Assembly: GCF_000299365.1 (NCBI RefSeq)
Contig: NC_018655.1
Coordinates: 1,607,965 to 1,639,964, forward strand
Direction of reading: 5' to 3'
Length of the DNA stretch: 32,000 nucleotides
Source: Candidatus Nitrosopumilus koreensis AR1
Lineage (GTDB): Archaea; Thermoproteota; Nitrososphaeria; Nitrososphaerales; Nitrosopumilaceae
Numbering within the stretch: position 1 is the first letter of the stretch; each line of letters begins with the position of its first letter. Both the position numbers and the translations under genes were made by a program. Of this stretch, positions 8,877 to 16,741 are shown one piece after another. The notes under the pieces are model-generated. The model was not told where the DNA came from, searched no databases, and was given only the letters and a program-made list of their open reading frames with translations.

Positions 8877-9392
8877 ATGAAACCTTTTGTTCTTTGGATG
8901 ACTGGTCTCCCATGTTCTGGAAAGACTACAATCGTAAAAGATCTGCAAAAAGATATTCCAAATTTGGCAATGCTTGATGGAGATGAATTAAGAGAATGGT
9001 TTTCTCCAAAAGACTTTTCAAAAGCAGGACGTGATGAACACAACAAAAAAGTTGCTCATTTGGCAAAATTGTTGTTAAAACATGGTGTTCCAAGCGCAGT
9101 ATCTCTGGTATCTCCATATCTTGAGAACCGAGAAAATGCCAGAAAGATTATCGACGCAGGTGATCAGTTTGCAGAGTGTTATGTCAAATGTTCATTAGAA
9201 GAGTGCGAAAAAAGAGATGTCAAAGGCATGTATGCCAAGGCAAGAAAAGGGGAGATCAAAGGATTCACAGGAATTGATGATCCTTACGAAGCTCCAGAAA
9301 AAGCAGATCTAATTGTTGATACAGAAAATGAATCACTTGATGATAGTGCAAACAAAGTAAAGGACTTTCTTAAATCAAGAAACCTACTCTAA
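8877..9392 (+). CDS. cysC: adenylylsulfate (APS) kinase
   Basis: P-loop LWMTGLPCSGKTT, followed by VSLVSPY, RDVKGMYAKARKGEIKGFTGIDDPYEAP. ATG 8877 is preferred over the TTG at 8862. Confidence 0.9.
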   Translation: MKPFVLWMTGLPCSGKTTIVKDLQKDIPNLAMLDGDELREWFSPKDFSKAGRDEHNKKVAHLAKLLLKHGVPSAVSLVSPYLENRENARKIIDAGDQFAECYVKCSLEECEKRDVKGMYAKARKGEIKGFTGIDDPYEAPEKADLIVDTENESLDDSANKVKDFLKSRNLL

Positions 9393-10199
9393 TTTTTTAA
9401 ATTCATCAACTATTGTTTGATGAATAATTCCATTTGTAACTAGAATTCCATTTTGATGATACACTTCCTTATTGTTGTATGAAATATCGTTTCCCAGCAT
9501 ATCTGTCATTTTGCCCCCTGCTTCAGAAATTATACAATATGATGCAGCTGTATCCCATTCTTTCATTTTATTTGTAGTTGTAATGTATGCATCAGCCTCA
9601 CCTGATGCAATTTTTCCAACCTTTAATGAACTACCTATACTTGTAAAGTCTTCAATTCCTAATTTTTTGATAAATGCTTTTTCTTTGTCTGACAGGTGAT
9701 GCCTGGAGCCCACAGTTCTACACTTTGGAAGTTCTGATGTTGTAGTAACTGAGATCTTTTCCCATTCTTCATTATGATATCTAAATGCGCCCCTCTTCTT
9801 TTGTGCAACAAACAATGTTTTTTCAGTAGGCCAACCTATTACTCCTAGAATTGGTTTTTTGTTTTTTACAAGTGCAATCATTACAGTAAATTCACCTGTT
9901 TTATCAATAAAATCTGAAGTGCCGTCTAAAGGATCAACTATCCAAATTATCTCTTCAGATAATCTACTTTGATCATCATTATCTTCCTCAGATAAGATTT
10001 TGTACTCTGTTTTAGAAAGAATTTTTTTAATGATCTCGTTACTTTTTAGATCTGCCTCTGTAATTGGCGAATCATCTTTTTTGGTAAATTCTTCGAACTC
10101 ACCTTTGTATATCTCCAAAATTGTATTTCCTGCTACTTGTGCTGCCTCAATTGCAATATCTAATTCAGGAATTTTTTCTGTAATTGGTATGCCTTTCAA
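9384..10199 (-). CDS. cysQ: 3'(2'),5'-bisphosphate nucleotidase, CysQ-like (inositol monophosphatase superfamily)
   Basis: KKDDSPITEADLKSNEII, WIVDPLDGT and EWDTAA motifs. Convergent with cysC, overlapping it by 9 nt. Confidence 0.75.
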   Translation of the reverse strand: MKGIPITEKIPELDIAIEAAQVAGNTILEIYKGEFEEFTKKDDSPITEADLKSNEIIKKILSKTEYKILSEEDNDDQSRLSEEIIWIVDPLDGTSDFIDKTGEFTVMIALVKNKKPILGVIGWPTEKTLFVAQKKRGAFRYHNEEWEKISVTTTSELPKCRTVGSRHHLSDKEKAFIKKLGIEDFTSIGSSLKVGKIASGEADAYITTTNKMKEWDTAASYCIISEAGGKMTDMLGNDISYNNKEVYHQNGILVTNGIIHQTIVDEFKKLE

Positions 10200-10208
10200 A
10201 ATACATTC

Positions 10209-10418
10209 CTATGTTGTAAGTTCTGGCTTTAGTGTCCATACCACCCCAAGCGCGATAAATGGAATGGAAATAATACCAATAATTCCCAGAATTGTGAAAA
10301 ACTGAGATTCTGAAACTTCTGGATTGTTTACTATCCATGGAAGTGGCAAAGATACAATTATCCAAATAACTCCTAATAATACGATCAACTTTGCTTTAGC
10401 TTTTCTACTTTTCATCAT
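10209..10418 (-). CDS. small two-TM membrane protein
   Basis: 69 aa with two hydrophobic segments. Sits between the SDR gene and cysQ on the same strand, 9 nt upstream of the cysQ start. Confidence 0.5.
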   Translation of the reverse strand: MMKSRKAKAKLIVLLGVIWIIVSLPLPWIVNNPEVSESQFFTILGIIGIISIPFIALGVVWTLKPELTT

Positions 10419-10455
10419 GATTCATCTCTTTAGGTTGTATTAAATTCATGTGAAT

Positions 10456-11208
10456 TTATTTTGTTGATTCTCCTCCATCTACTGCAAGAATAGCTCCAGT
10501 GATCCATAATGCGTCATCTGACGCAAAATAGAGTACAGCCTTTGCTACTTCTTCTGGTTTTCCTATTCTACCTAATGGATGTTCTGCATTCATGAAATCC
10601 CTATCTTTTTGAGTTTTTACAAATGGTTTTGTCATGTCTGTGTCTACTACTCCTGGACAAATACAATTCACCCTGATTTTGTTTTTTGAATATTCAAGAG
10701 CCCAACACTTTGTAAGTATGATTAATGCTGCCTTTGTTGCTGAATATGCATCAGCGTTAAATCCTTGATATGCCTTCAATCCTGCATCTGATGAAATATT
10801 AATTATTGATCCTGATGTTTTTTGTAAATGTGGGATTGCCTCTTTTGTAACCCTGTATTGTCCTGTAAGATTTACATCTAAAACTTCATTCCATTCATCT
10901 TCTTCAATTTCATGCAGTTGTTTTATCCTTGGAAAAACCCCTGCATTATTTACAAGAATATCCAACCTTCCAAATTTTTCAACAATTTTTTGTACTGCAT
11001 TTTTCACCTCATTAGAATTTCTGATGTCCGCAGTAATTGCAAATACATTAGAAATTTCAGCTAATTTTTCTAATCGCTTTTGATCTTTTCCTGTAATTGC
11101 TACTTTGGCTCCATTTTCTAGCAAAACTTTTGCAGTGGCAAATCCTATTCCTCTGCTTCCACCAGTCACTAAAGCAACTTTTCCTGATAAAGACAACAGC
11201 TTTAGCAT
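10456..11208 (-). CDS. short-chain dehydrogenase/reductase (FabG-like)
   Basis: TGGSRGIG cofactor motif, NNAG, and the catalytic YSATK. Confidence 0.9.
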   Translation of the reverse strand: MLKLLSLSGKVALVTGGSRGIGFATAKVLLENGAKVAITGKDQKRLEKLAEISNVFAITADIRNSNEVKNAVQKIVEKFGRLDILVNNAGVFPRIKQLHEIEEDEWNEVLDVNLTGQYRVTKEAIPHLQKTSGSIINISSDAGLKAYQGFNADAYSATKAALIILTKCWALEYSKNKIRVNCICPGVVDTDMTKPFVKTQKDRDFMNAEHPLGRIGKPEEVAKAVLYFASDDALWITGAILAVDGGESTK

Positions 11209-11286
11209 AAAACTTCGTAATTTATAGATCGATTTTTAGTAAATAGGAATAAAATATTTCAATAATTAAAAATTTATTTGTAATTT

Positions 11287-11294
11287 TTTATATA
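11287..11294 (+). promoter_or_regulatory. candidate TATA box (TTTATATA) upstream of the structured element
   Basis: A perfect TATA-like octamer, followed by the 15-bp palindrome AACTATTAAATAGTT (11295-11309). A near-copy, TATAACTATTAAT, lies at 11318-11330. Confidence 0.3.
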
Positions 11295-11362
11295 AACTAT
11301 TAAATAGTTGAAGTTCCTATAACTATTAATGCCGAAGGATATAATTCCTATCGACTAAAATC

Positions 11363-11456
11363 GCGTAACCCCGCAGAACGACATAGGCAATCAAACGCAA
11401 GGTCGTTTGACAACGAGAGGGAATCTCTCATAGTTCTGCAATGAAGGGGATTACGC
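11363..11456. ncRNA. candidate structured ncRNA of unknown class (three-way junction)
   Basis: A GC-rich island in an AT-rich spacer. The closing helix pairs GCGTAACCCC+GCAGAAC (11363-11379) with GTTCTGC (11433-11439) and GGGGATTACGC (11446-11456). It encloses hairpins CAAACG/CGTTTG (11392-11409) and GAGAG/CTCTC (11415-11429). T-runs follow on either strand. Confidence 0.4.
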
Positions 11457-11461
11457 CTCTT

Positions 11462-11893
11462 TTAATTTTGTAAAATATCTACTGATACTGACCCTATCAC
11501 ATTTCCATTTGGATTAATAGAAATTGTAATTTGTTGATTCTCTGAAATCAAAATTTCTTTTTGACCTATATACTCCCAAGTAAAATATTGTGAAATTCCA
11601 GTTTCATGTGAAGTACCTTGTAGCCTAAAATCTTCTGAAAAATCTATCTTTTCTCCACTTAATGAAATTGATAAAATTTTTGGACTGCTACCATTTGGAA
11701 CAAATCTAAATGAATATTCTCCACTATCAATTTCAAATGTTTCAGAATATACTCCCTCAATATACAAATCAGGATCTGCCAGTGTTACATGAAATATAAC
11801 ATTGCTTTTCTCACCAGAATCCTCTAGAGAGAAACTAACTAGAAAAATTCCAATAATTATAACTACGGGAATTATTATTAATTTTTTATTCAA
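11462..11893 (-). CDS. membrane-anchored or secreted beta-rich protein
   Basis: 143 aa. N-terminal TM or signal segment (KKLIIIPVVIIIGIFLVSF) followed by a beta-strand-like domain. Confidence 0.6.
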   Translation of the reverse strand: MNKKLIIIPVVIIIGIFLVSFSLEDSGEKSNVIFHVTLADPDLYIEGVYSETFEIDSGEYSFRFVPNGSSPKILSISLSGEKIDFSEDFRLQGTSHETGISQYFTWEYIGQKEILISENQQITISINPNGNVIGSVSVDILQN

Positions 11894-11930
11894 TAAAACA
11901 AACTCTAAATTCCATTATAAAAACAAATTT

Positions 11931-12482
11931 CTATTTTTCTCTTATCTTTTTTGTTAGTGCTTCTAATTTTTCAAGATTTTCTAAAATCCATGGATCATTT
12001 ATCAAATCCATAATTTCTTCCATCTTGAATAGTTTTGGAGTAGTCATGCCCTCTTCAAAATCATATAGTTTGATTATTCTATTTTTTACGTTTTTAGATT
12101 CTATCTTTTTATTATGTGCAAAATTATGTGCAAAATCATTTCTAATTTCTCTAATTTTATTTAGCGTTTGCTGAATCCTTATTCTTGTTTTTTCATCAAT
12201 CTCTTTTTTAAAATCTTGATGATTTTTCATGATTCTTGATATCCAAATTATTTTTGTTCCAAAAGATGCAGTTCTATCTTCATCAAATACTGTTTTGGCC
12301 CATAAAGGAAAATCATTTTTATCTCGCAAAAATAGATCTGAAATAATCACAGTAAGAGTTGAATCTAATACTGAAACATAACTGAGAAAATTACCTCTTA
12401 TTCGATTTACCAAATTGATATATTCTTTGTCTGTAAGTTCTTGGGAATTATCTGGTAAATCAAAACCAAATACTTCATTCAT
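11931..12482 (-). CDS. HEPN-domain protein, MtlR-like/DUF4145-like
   Basis: All-helical, 183 aa. SFGTKIIWISRIM followed by LNKIREIRNDFAHN gives R114-x4-H119, the HEPN Rx4-6H motif in an xIRNxFAH context. Confidence 0.6.
   Translation of the reverse strand: MNEVFGFDLPDNSQELTDKEYINLVNRIRGNFLSYVSVLDSTLTVIISDLFLRDKNDFPLWAKTVFDEDRTASFGTKIIWISRIMKNHQDFKKEIDEKTRIRIQQTLNKIREIRNDFAHNFAHNKKIESKNVKNRIIKLYDFEEGMTTPKLFKMEEIMDLINDPWILENLEKLEALTKKIREK
12111..12134 (-). repeat. perfect 12-bp tandem duplication inside the HEPN gene
   Basis: ATTATGTGCAAA occurs twice (12111-12122 and 12123-12134). On the coding strand this is TTTGCACATAAT x2, encoding FAHN-FAHN (residues 117-124). Confidence 0.9.
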
Positions 12483-12608
12483 AAGTTATGCCTAAAAAAA
12501 TACTAAATAGATTTTTGTACTGCATTTTTCATCTTTGTTAGTCAAGTTACACATACTGTGAATCATTCTTTACACATGAAATTAAGTACATTTTCCTATA
12601 GTGAAACC

Positions 12609-13256
12609 ATGGCTAATCTTAGTAAAAAGTGGACTAAACCGCCAACTCCTAGTATTGGTGAAAAACTTGGTGATGCAGTCAAGCCTAAAGGTGCTCTAAA
12701 ACCAAGAGTACAAGAAGGAGTCAAAAAATTACGATTACAGATTCAAAAATTGGACAAAATGTTGTCAGGATTACAAGAACGTGATGGACAACTATTTGCA
12801 AGAATAGTAGAGGCAACACAAAAACATGATACTCAAACAAGTAAGGTTCTAGGAAACGAACTAGCCGAAATTAGAAAAGTTATCAAAATTATGAGCAGTG
12901 CAAGAATTGCCCTTGAGCAAATCGAATTAAGATTAACAACATTTAGTGATCTTGGAGATACCGTAGTAGCAATTATGCCCACCATGGGACTGATGAAGAA
13001 TCTCAAATCGTCTCTTGGAAAAGTAATGCCAGGTGCAGAAGCTGAAATTGGCCAAATGGCTGAAATGTTAGGCGGATTTATGACTGAAAGTTTCTCAGGT
13101 GATGCAGCATTTGGTATGGATACATCCACAAATGCTGAATCTGATGCAATTCTCAAGGAGGCCGCAGCAGTGGCTGAGAGTTCAACAGGACAAATGTTCC
13201 CATCAGTTCCATCTGATGCAAGCACATCAACTGCAACAACTTCAAAATTTTACTAG
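12609..13256 (+). CDS. ESCRT-III/Snf7-family protein (CdvB-like paralog)
   Basis: Helical hairpin core (LRLQIQKLDKMLSGLQERDGQLFARIVEATQKHD...LAEIRKVIKIMSSARIALEQIELRL) followed by an A/S/T-rich tail. ATG 12609 (MANLSKKW) is preferred over the GTG at 12558. Confidence 0.7.
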   Translation: MANLSKKWTKPPTPSIGEKLGDAVKPKGALKPRVQEGVKKLRLQIQKLDKMLSGLQERDGQLFARIVEATQKHDTQTSKVLGNELAEIRKVIKIMSSARIALEQIELRLTTFSDLGDTVVAIMPTMGLMKNLKSSLGKVMPGAEAEIGQMAEMLGGFMTESFSGDAAFGMDTSTNAESDAILKEAAAVAESSTGQMFPSVPSDASTSTATTSKFY

Positions 13257-13281
13257 AATAAATAAACTAATTTTTAAATTA

Positions 13282-13743
13282 TTATGCTGACTCTCTAGAT
13301 TCTTTTATCTTTTTAACTCTACTACCCTCATCATCAATAATTCTATCAACACCTGATAGTTTCTCCCGTAAATTATTGATTATAGTTCCAACTTCATCAG
13401 CTTCAGATTCTACTCGTTTTCTCTTTTCAGCAAGCTCTGAAATCCCTCTATTTTCTTCCTCAATATACTCACTAACTTTTTGGAGTTTCTCTTTAAGATT
13501 TTTGATATCTACTGATTCTTCTTCAATGTCTTTTTCAAGCAAAGTTCGTTTATCTTTAAGATTCTTAATCATTAGACCAACATAATCAATTGCCTCTTCA
13601 AGCTGGGCACGTTTCCCCATTAATTCCCCAATTCCAATTTGACTTGGAGTATCAGTAAATTCTGGAGTCTCTCCTGCAGTGTTTTCTTCAGGTCTTTCTT
13701 CTACCATTTCTCCTCCCTCTTCTTTCTTGAATTTATCAAACAT
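13282..13743 (-). CDS. acidic coiled-coil protein
   Basis: 153 aa. Disordered acidic N-terminus, then a long E/K/L/I heptad region. Convergent with the ESCRT-III paralog. Confidence 0.6.
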   Translation of the reverse strand: MFDKFKKEEGGEMVEERPEENTAGETPEFTDTPSQIGIGELMGKRAQLEEAIDYVGLMIKNLKDKRTLLEKDIEEESVDIKNLKEKLQKVSEYIEEENRGISELAEKRKRVESEADEVGTIINNLREKLSGVDRIIDDEGSRVKKIKESRESA

Positions 13744-13845
13744 TTTATGATTTACTTTTCAAAATGGGAATAAAAAGTTACTATGAATCCCAAAGCTGAC
13801 AAGGTGAATGATTTTTACTCAAAAAAAAAGGAAAAATGTGGTGAA

Positions 13846-14487
13846 TTATCTCACCGAAATTGAATTTCTGAACTCTTGGTTAGAATCAACTGATTTTTCA
13901 AAATTAGTATCTCCAATCTGAAGAAATTTGATATTTTGGCCCATCTCAGGATTTGTTGCAGAATTGAAGAGAACTTCAAAAACATTCTCATTTTCTGTAA
14001 ACTTTCCAGAAAATACAACTTTGTAACTGAGATCCTCATCTGAGGCAGTTCCATGCATTACTACATGGGAACCATTGGATTTTCCACTTAATTCTAGGTC
14101 AAACTCTCTTTCTTCAAGACTGAGGACTCCGTTAGTTGAAATCTCCCACAAATCTTGCCCAACCTTTATTGCTTTTCCATCAAAGAGAGTAATCCCAGCA
14201 TTATAGGCCTTGTAATTCATTATTGTCCAACCTGATATTTCAGTAGACAGCATTCTGTGCATATCTTCTTTTGAGGTATCAGATGGTAAAGCATAACGTT
14301 GGACTTCGAGCTTTCCATCAACCATTTTTTCAGTTAGAATTACTCCAAGTCCCTCTTTTTTGGAACTTTCTTTTGGCTCGTACACTCCAGCATTATCTGC
14401 AAACGAATAGGTTACAGTTATTGGAGATGCACCAAGCATCAAAAGAACAGCAATAACACCAATAGTTCTGTTTTGGGGTTTTACCAT
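13846..14487 (-). CDS. secreted protein of unknown function
   Basis: Signal-like N-terminus (RTIGVIAVLLMLGASPITVTYSFA) followed by a beta-rich domain. Confidence 0.6.
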   Translation of the reverse strand: MVKPQNRTIGVIAVLLMLGASPITVTYSFADNAGVYEPKESSKKEGLGVILTEKMVDGKLEVQRYALPSDTSKEDMHRMLSTEISGWTIMNYKAYNAGITLFDGKAIKVGQDLWEISTNGVLSLEEREFDLELSGKSNGSHVVMHGTASDEDLSYKVVFSGKFTENENVFEVLFNSATNPEMGQNIKFLQIGDTNFEKSVDSNQEFRNSISVR

Positions 14488-14516
14488 GCAAAGTACATAC
14501 CAAAATGATAGATTAG

Positions 14517-14540
14517 GAACGGACAGAAATCGTTCTGTTC
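14517..14540. promoter_or_regulatory. imperfect palindrome abutting a TATA-like box
   Basis: ACAGAA-ATCG-TTCTGT (14523-14538) with flanking GA/TC, directly next to TTTATATA (14540-14547), in a divergent intergenic region. Confidence 0.3.
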
Positions 14541-14711
14541 TTTATATAGTAAATTTCTCCAAATTTCTCTAAAATCATTCAAATTGAGATATTTTTCTTT
14601 AAATTTTCAAAAAATCTGTTTTTTGCATGAAAACTGGTATTTTTTATACAAAAAATTACGCACAAAATTTCTAGGAATTTTCTTCCCCGCCACAATTTTG
14701 CTAAAAATTCA

Positions 14712-14754
14712 CCATTTTTTCCATTCAAAATGGCGTTCCGCTTTGCGTTCCGCT
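14712..14754 (+). promoter_or_regulatory. hairpin plus tandem direct repeat upstream of the wHTH operon
   Basis: CCATTTT (14712-14718) pairs with AAAATGG (14727-14733). It is followed by GCGTTCCGCT twice (14733-14742 and 14745-14754, 12-bp period), 50-70 nt upstream of ATG 14804. Confidence 0.35.
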
Positions 14755-14803
14755 ATGGTGTTTCAAAATGTTCCTCAATAACTAATTGATTGTATACTAT
14801 ACC

Positions 14804-15091
14804 ATGTCAAAACAACAATACAGGTCCGAAATGGGCATTATGGGTGATATCCTAAACGTTACTGCTGATGGTGGTCGTGAAGGAATCATTGTATCTGCAA
14901 TATCTCGCAAAGCCAACCTATCTCACTATGCAGTACTAGACAAATGTGAGAAACTGGTAGAAGCAGGTTTAGTCGAGTCTGTCAAAAATGACAGAAATAG
15001 AGTCTTTCAAATAACTGAAAAAGGACTTCAGTTTTTCCAAGAATTCAAGAGATTTCAAGGGCTCGTGGAGAGCATGAACCTAAGGTATTAG
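14804..15091 (+). CDS. winged-helix DNA-binding protein (small archaeal wHTH, HTH_45-like)
   Basis: IMGDILNV...ISRKANLSHYAVLDKCEKLVEAGLVESVKNDRNRVFQITEKGLQF. ATG 14804 is preferred over 14786. Confidence 0.7.
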   Translation: MSKQQYRSEMGIMGDILNVTADGGREGIIVSAISRKANLSHYAVLDKCEKLVEAGLVESVKNDRNRVFQITEKGLQFFQEFKRFQGLVESMNLRY

Positions 15092-15094
15092 CCA

Positions 15095-16099
15095 ATGAAC
15101 CAACAAATCGTACCAATTCATAGGACCGAGTTTCGAGAAGATGGAATGCTTTTTGTAAGGACTGATGGTATCATCGATACAATGGTTAATGCACCTCTAA
15201 TTGTTGCAGGATTGCTGGTTGTAGCACTAACGATGCCTTTGCAGACCTCATTTTCCGCCACTCGTACTCTTGATTTAATCATCAATACTGATGGTTCTAC
15301 ACATATTTCCTCCCAAATTGATGTGGATTCCTCAAACTTTGAACTGAGTCTTTTTGGCTCATCTATTGATAACTTTGTTGTACTTGGTGAGGATGACACT
15401 ACTTTATCTAGAAATATCATTGCAGACAAAGCAATGATCCAAACAGATGGTAGTTCCTCTATTATTGTAAATTATGATATTCATGATCTGATTTCTAAAG
15501 AAGGCAGAATCTGGACATTTTCGTTTGACTCTCCCGTAAACTACTCTTTACTGATGCCAGAAAATTCCGTAATTGTGGGAATGAATGTTTTGCCTGAAAA
15601 CATGGAACAACTTGATAGCCAAATCAAACTGGACATTCCATCTGGCCCTGCTAAAATTGATTATATCTTTAGTACTCCTGTAGATATACCTGCACCTACA
15701 TCTGAATCTTCATTTGATTCTGTAACTATTGGTCTGATAGTTGGCCCAATTGCAGCTGCAACAGTTGCCTCTGTAATTATAGTAAAGAAGAGACAATCAA
15801 AACCTCAACTAAAAACAGAGGTAATTCAAATTACAAAACCAACAAAAGATTCACCTAATCCAGATACAATTTTCAATCTTAGACCTGATATGAGAGAAGA
15901 CGACAAAGAGATTGTTAAATTCATCTCTCAAAATGGCGGAGAAGTATTTGAAAGTGATCTAAGGAAAAAATTTCTTCAACCAAGAACTACTATGTGGAGA
16001 GCAGTGAAAAGACTAGAAAGACTAGGTATAGTTGAAATTTATAAAAAAGATCTTTTAAACATGGTTAAATTACGAAATGATTTGGAGGAAGAAAATTGA
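15095..16099 (+). CDS. membrane-tethered wHTH protein (extracytoplasmic domain, TM, cytoplasmic winged helix; COG2512-like architecture)
   Basis: TM1 is APLIVAGLLVVALTM. A domain of about 165 aa follows, then TM2 VTIGLIVGPIAAATVASVIIV-KKRQSK. The C-terminal wHTH is EIVKFISQNGGEVFESDLRKKFLQPRTTMWRAVKRLERLGIVEI. Confidence 0.7.
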   Translation: MNQQIVPIHRTEFREDGMLFVRTDGIIDTMVNAPLIVAGLLVVALTMPLQTSFSATRTLDLIINTDGSTHISSQIDVDSSNFELSLFGSSIDNFVVLGEDDTTLSRNIIADKAMIQTDGSSSIIVNYDIHDLISKEGRIWTFSFDSPVNYSLLMPENSVIVGMNVLPENMEQLDSQIKLDIPSGPAKIDYIFSTPVDIPAPTSESSFDSVTIGLIVGPIAAATVASVIIVKKRQSKPQLKTEVIQITKPTKDSPNPDTIFNLRPDMREDDKEIVKFISQNGGEVFESDLRKKFLQPRTTMWRAVKRLERLGIVEIYKKDLLNMVKLRNDLEEEN

Positions 16100-16446
16100 A
16101 GAGTTTAGCATTACTAGCATTGTTGGTATTTGCAATAGGTGTTATCTCTACTAATGACGTATTTGCAGAACCTCTAGACATTGTTAACACATCTGTCTCA
16201 AATTATACTGGTCATTCAGCAACTGTGCATATTACTTGGAATCATGATAGTTCAGCTGAAAATTATAAAATTGGCTGTGTTAGTTGTAATCCAAATGTTG
16301 TAGACTTTACAACTGGTAATAACATGACCATCAATCATGTCACGCCATTTCCTAATGGTTCATATGCGTTACTCTATGTAATTAGTTATGATTATCAAAA
16401 CATTATCATCAATGCAAAACAACTCATAGTTAATCTCAACCAATAA
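16096..16446 (+). CDS. small secreted beta-sandwich-like protein
   Basis: The TTG start overlaps the upstream stop by 4 nt. Signal peptide MKSLALLALLVFAIGVISTNDVFAE, and a CVSC pair. Confidence 0.55.
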   Translation: MKSLALLALLVFAIGVISTNDVFAEPLDIVNTSVSNYTGHSATVHITWNHDSSAENYKIGCVSCNPNVVDFTTGNNMTINHVTPFPNGSYALLYVISYDYQNIIINAKQLIVNLNQ

Positions 16447-16505
16447 TTTTCAAATCTACAAAAATTATCATAAACTTATTATAGATTTTCCATACAGGAT
16501 CGAGC

Positions 16506-16700
16506 ATGGCATCTAAAGCAATTACAGTTGGAGTAGGGATTCCAATGATTATAGTTGGTGCTTTGATGGCATGGTTATGGGCTCCATTGGAAGGAGATCT
16601 TCAAAATCAAGTAGAACTTGTTGGAAGTACTATTGGAATTTTAGGCATAGTGTTCTTTATCTCTGGATTGTTTTACACCAAAGAACCAGTAATGCATTAG
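16506..16700 (+). CDS. small two-TM membrane protein
   Basis: 64 aa with two hydrophobic segments. Confidence 0.45.
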   Translation: MASKAITVGVGIPMIIVGALMAWLWAPLEGDLQNQVELVGSTIGILGIVFFISGLFYTKEPVMH

Positions 16701-16741
16701 AAACTCATTGAATAAATAATGAAAAAAATTACTATTGTTAC

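Noticed and set aside
8926-10365. Shadow ORFs 8926..9117, 9472..9699, 10000..10305 and 10165..10365
   Set aside because: Antisense to, or out of frame with, cysC, cysQ and the small membrane protein.
11363-11456. 5S rRNA, tRNA, H/ACA or K-turn interpretation of the three-way-junction element
   Set aside because: The closing helix (17 bp) is too long and the arms too short for 5S rRNA, and conserved 5S loops are absent. There is no T-loop or anticodon-arm geometry. No ACA box follows the stem. The AATGAA internal loop lacks the opposing GA needed for a canonical K-turn.
14584-14781. Track ORF of 65 aa in the long intergenic region
   Set aside because: TTG start, F/L/K/H-rich junk-like composition, and it overlaps the hairpin and repeat motifs. 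It is more likely non-coding regulatory DNA.
12833-15429. Shadow ORFs 12833..13225, 13099..13290, 13376..13585, 13851..14054, 14271..14456 and 15118..15429
   Set aside because: They overlap better-supported genes: the ESCRT-III paralog, the coiled-coil protein, the secreted protein and the membrane wHTH protein.
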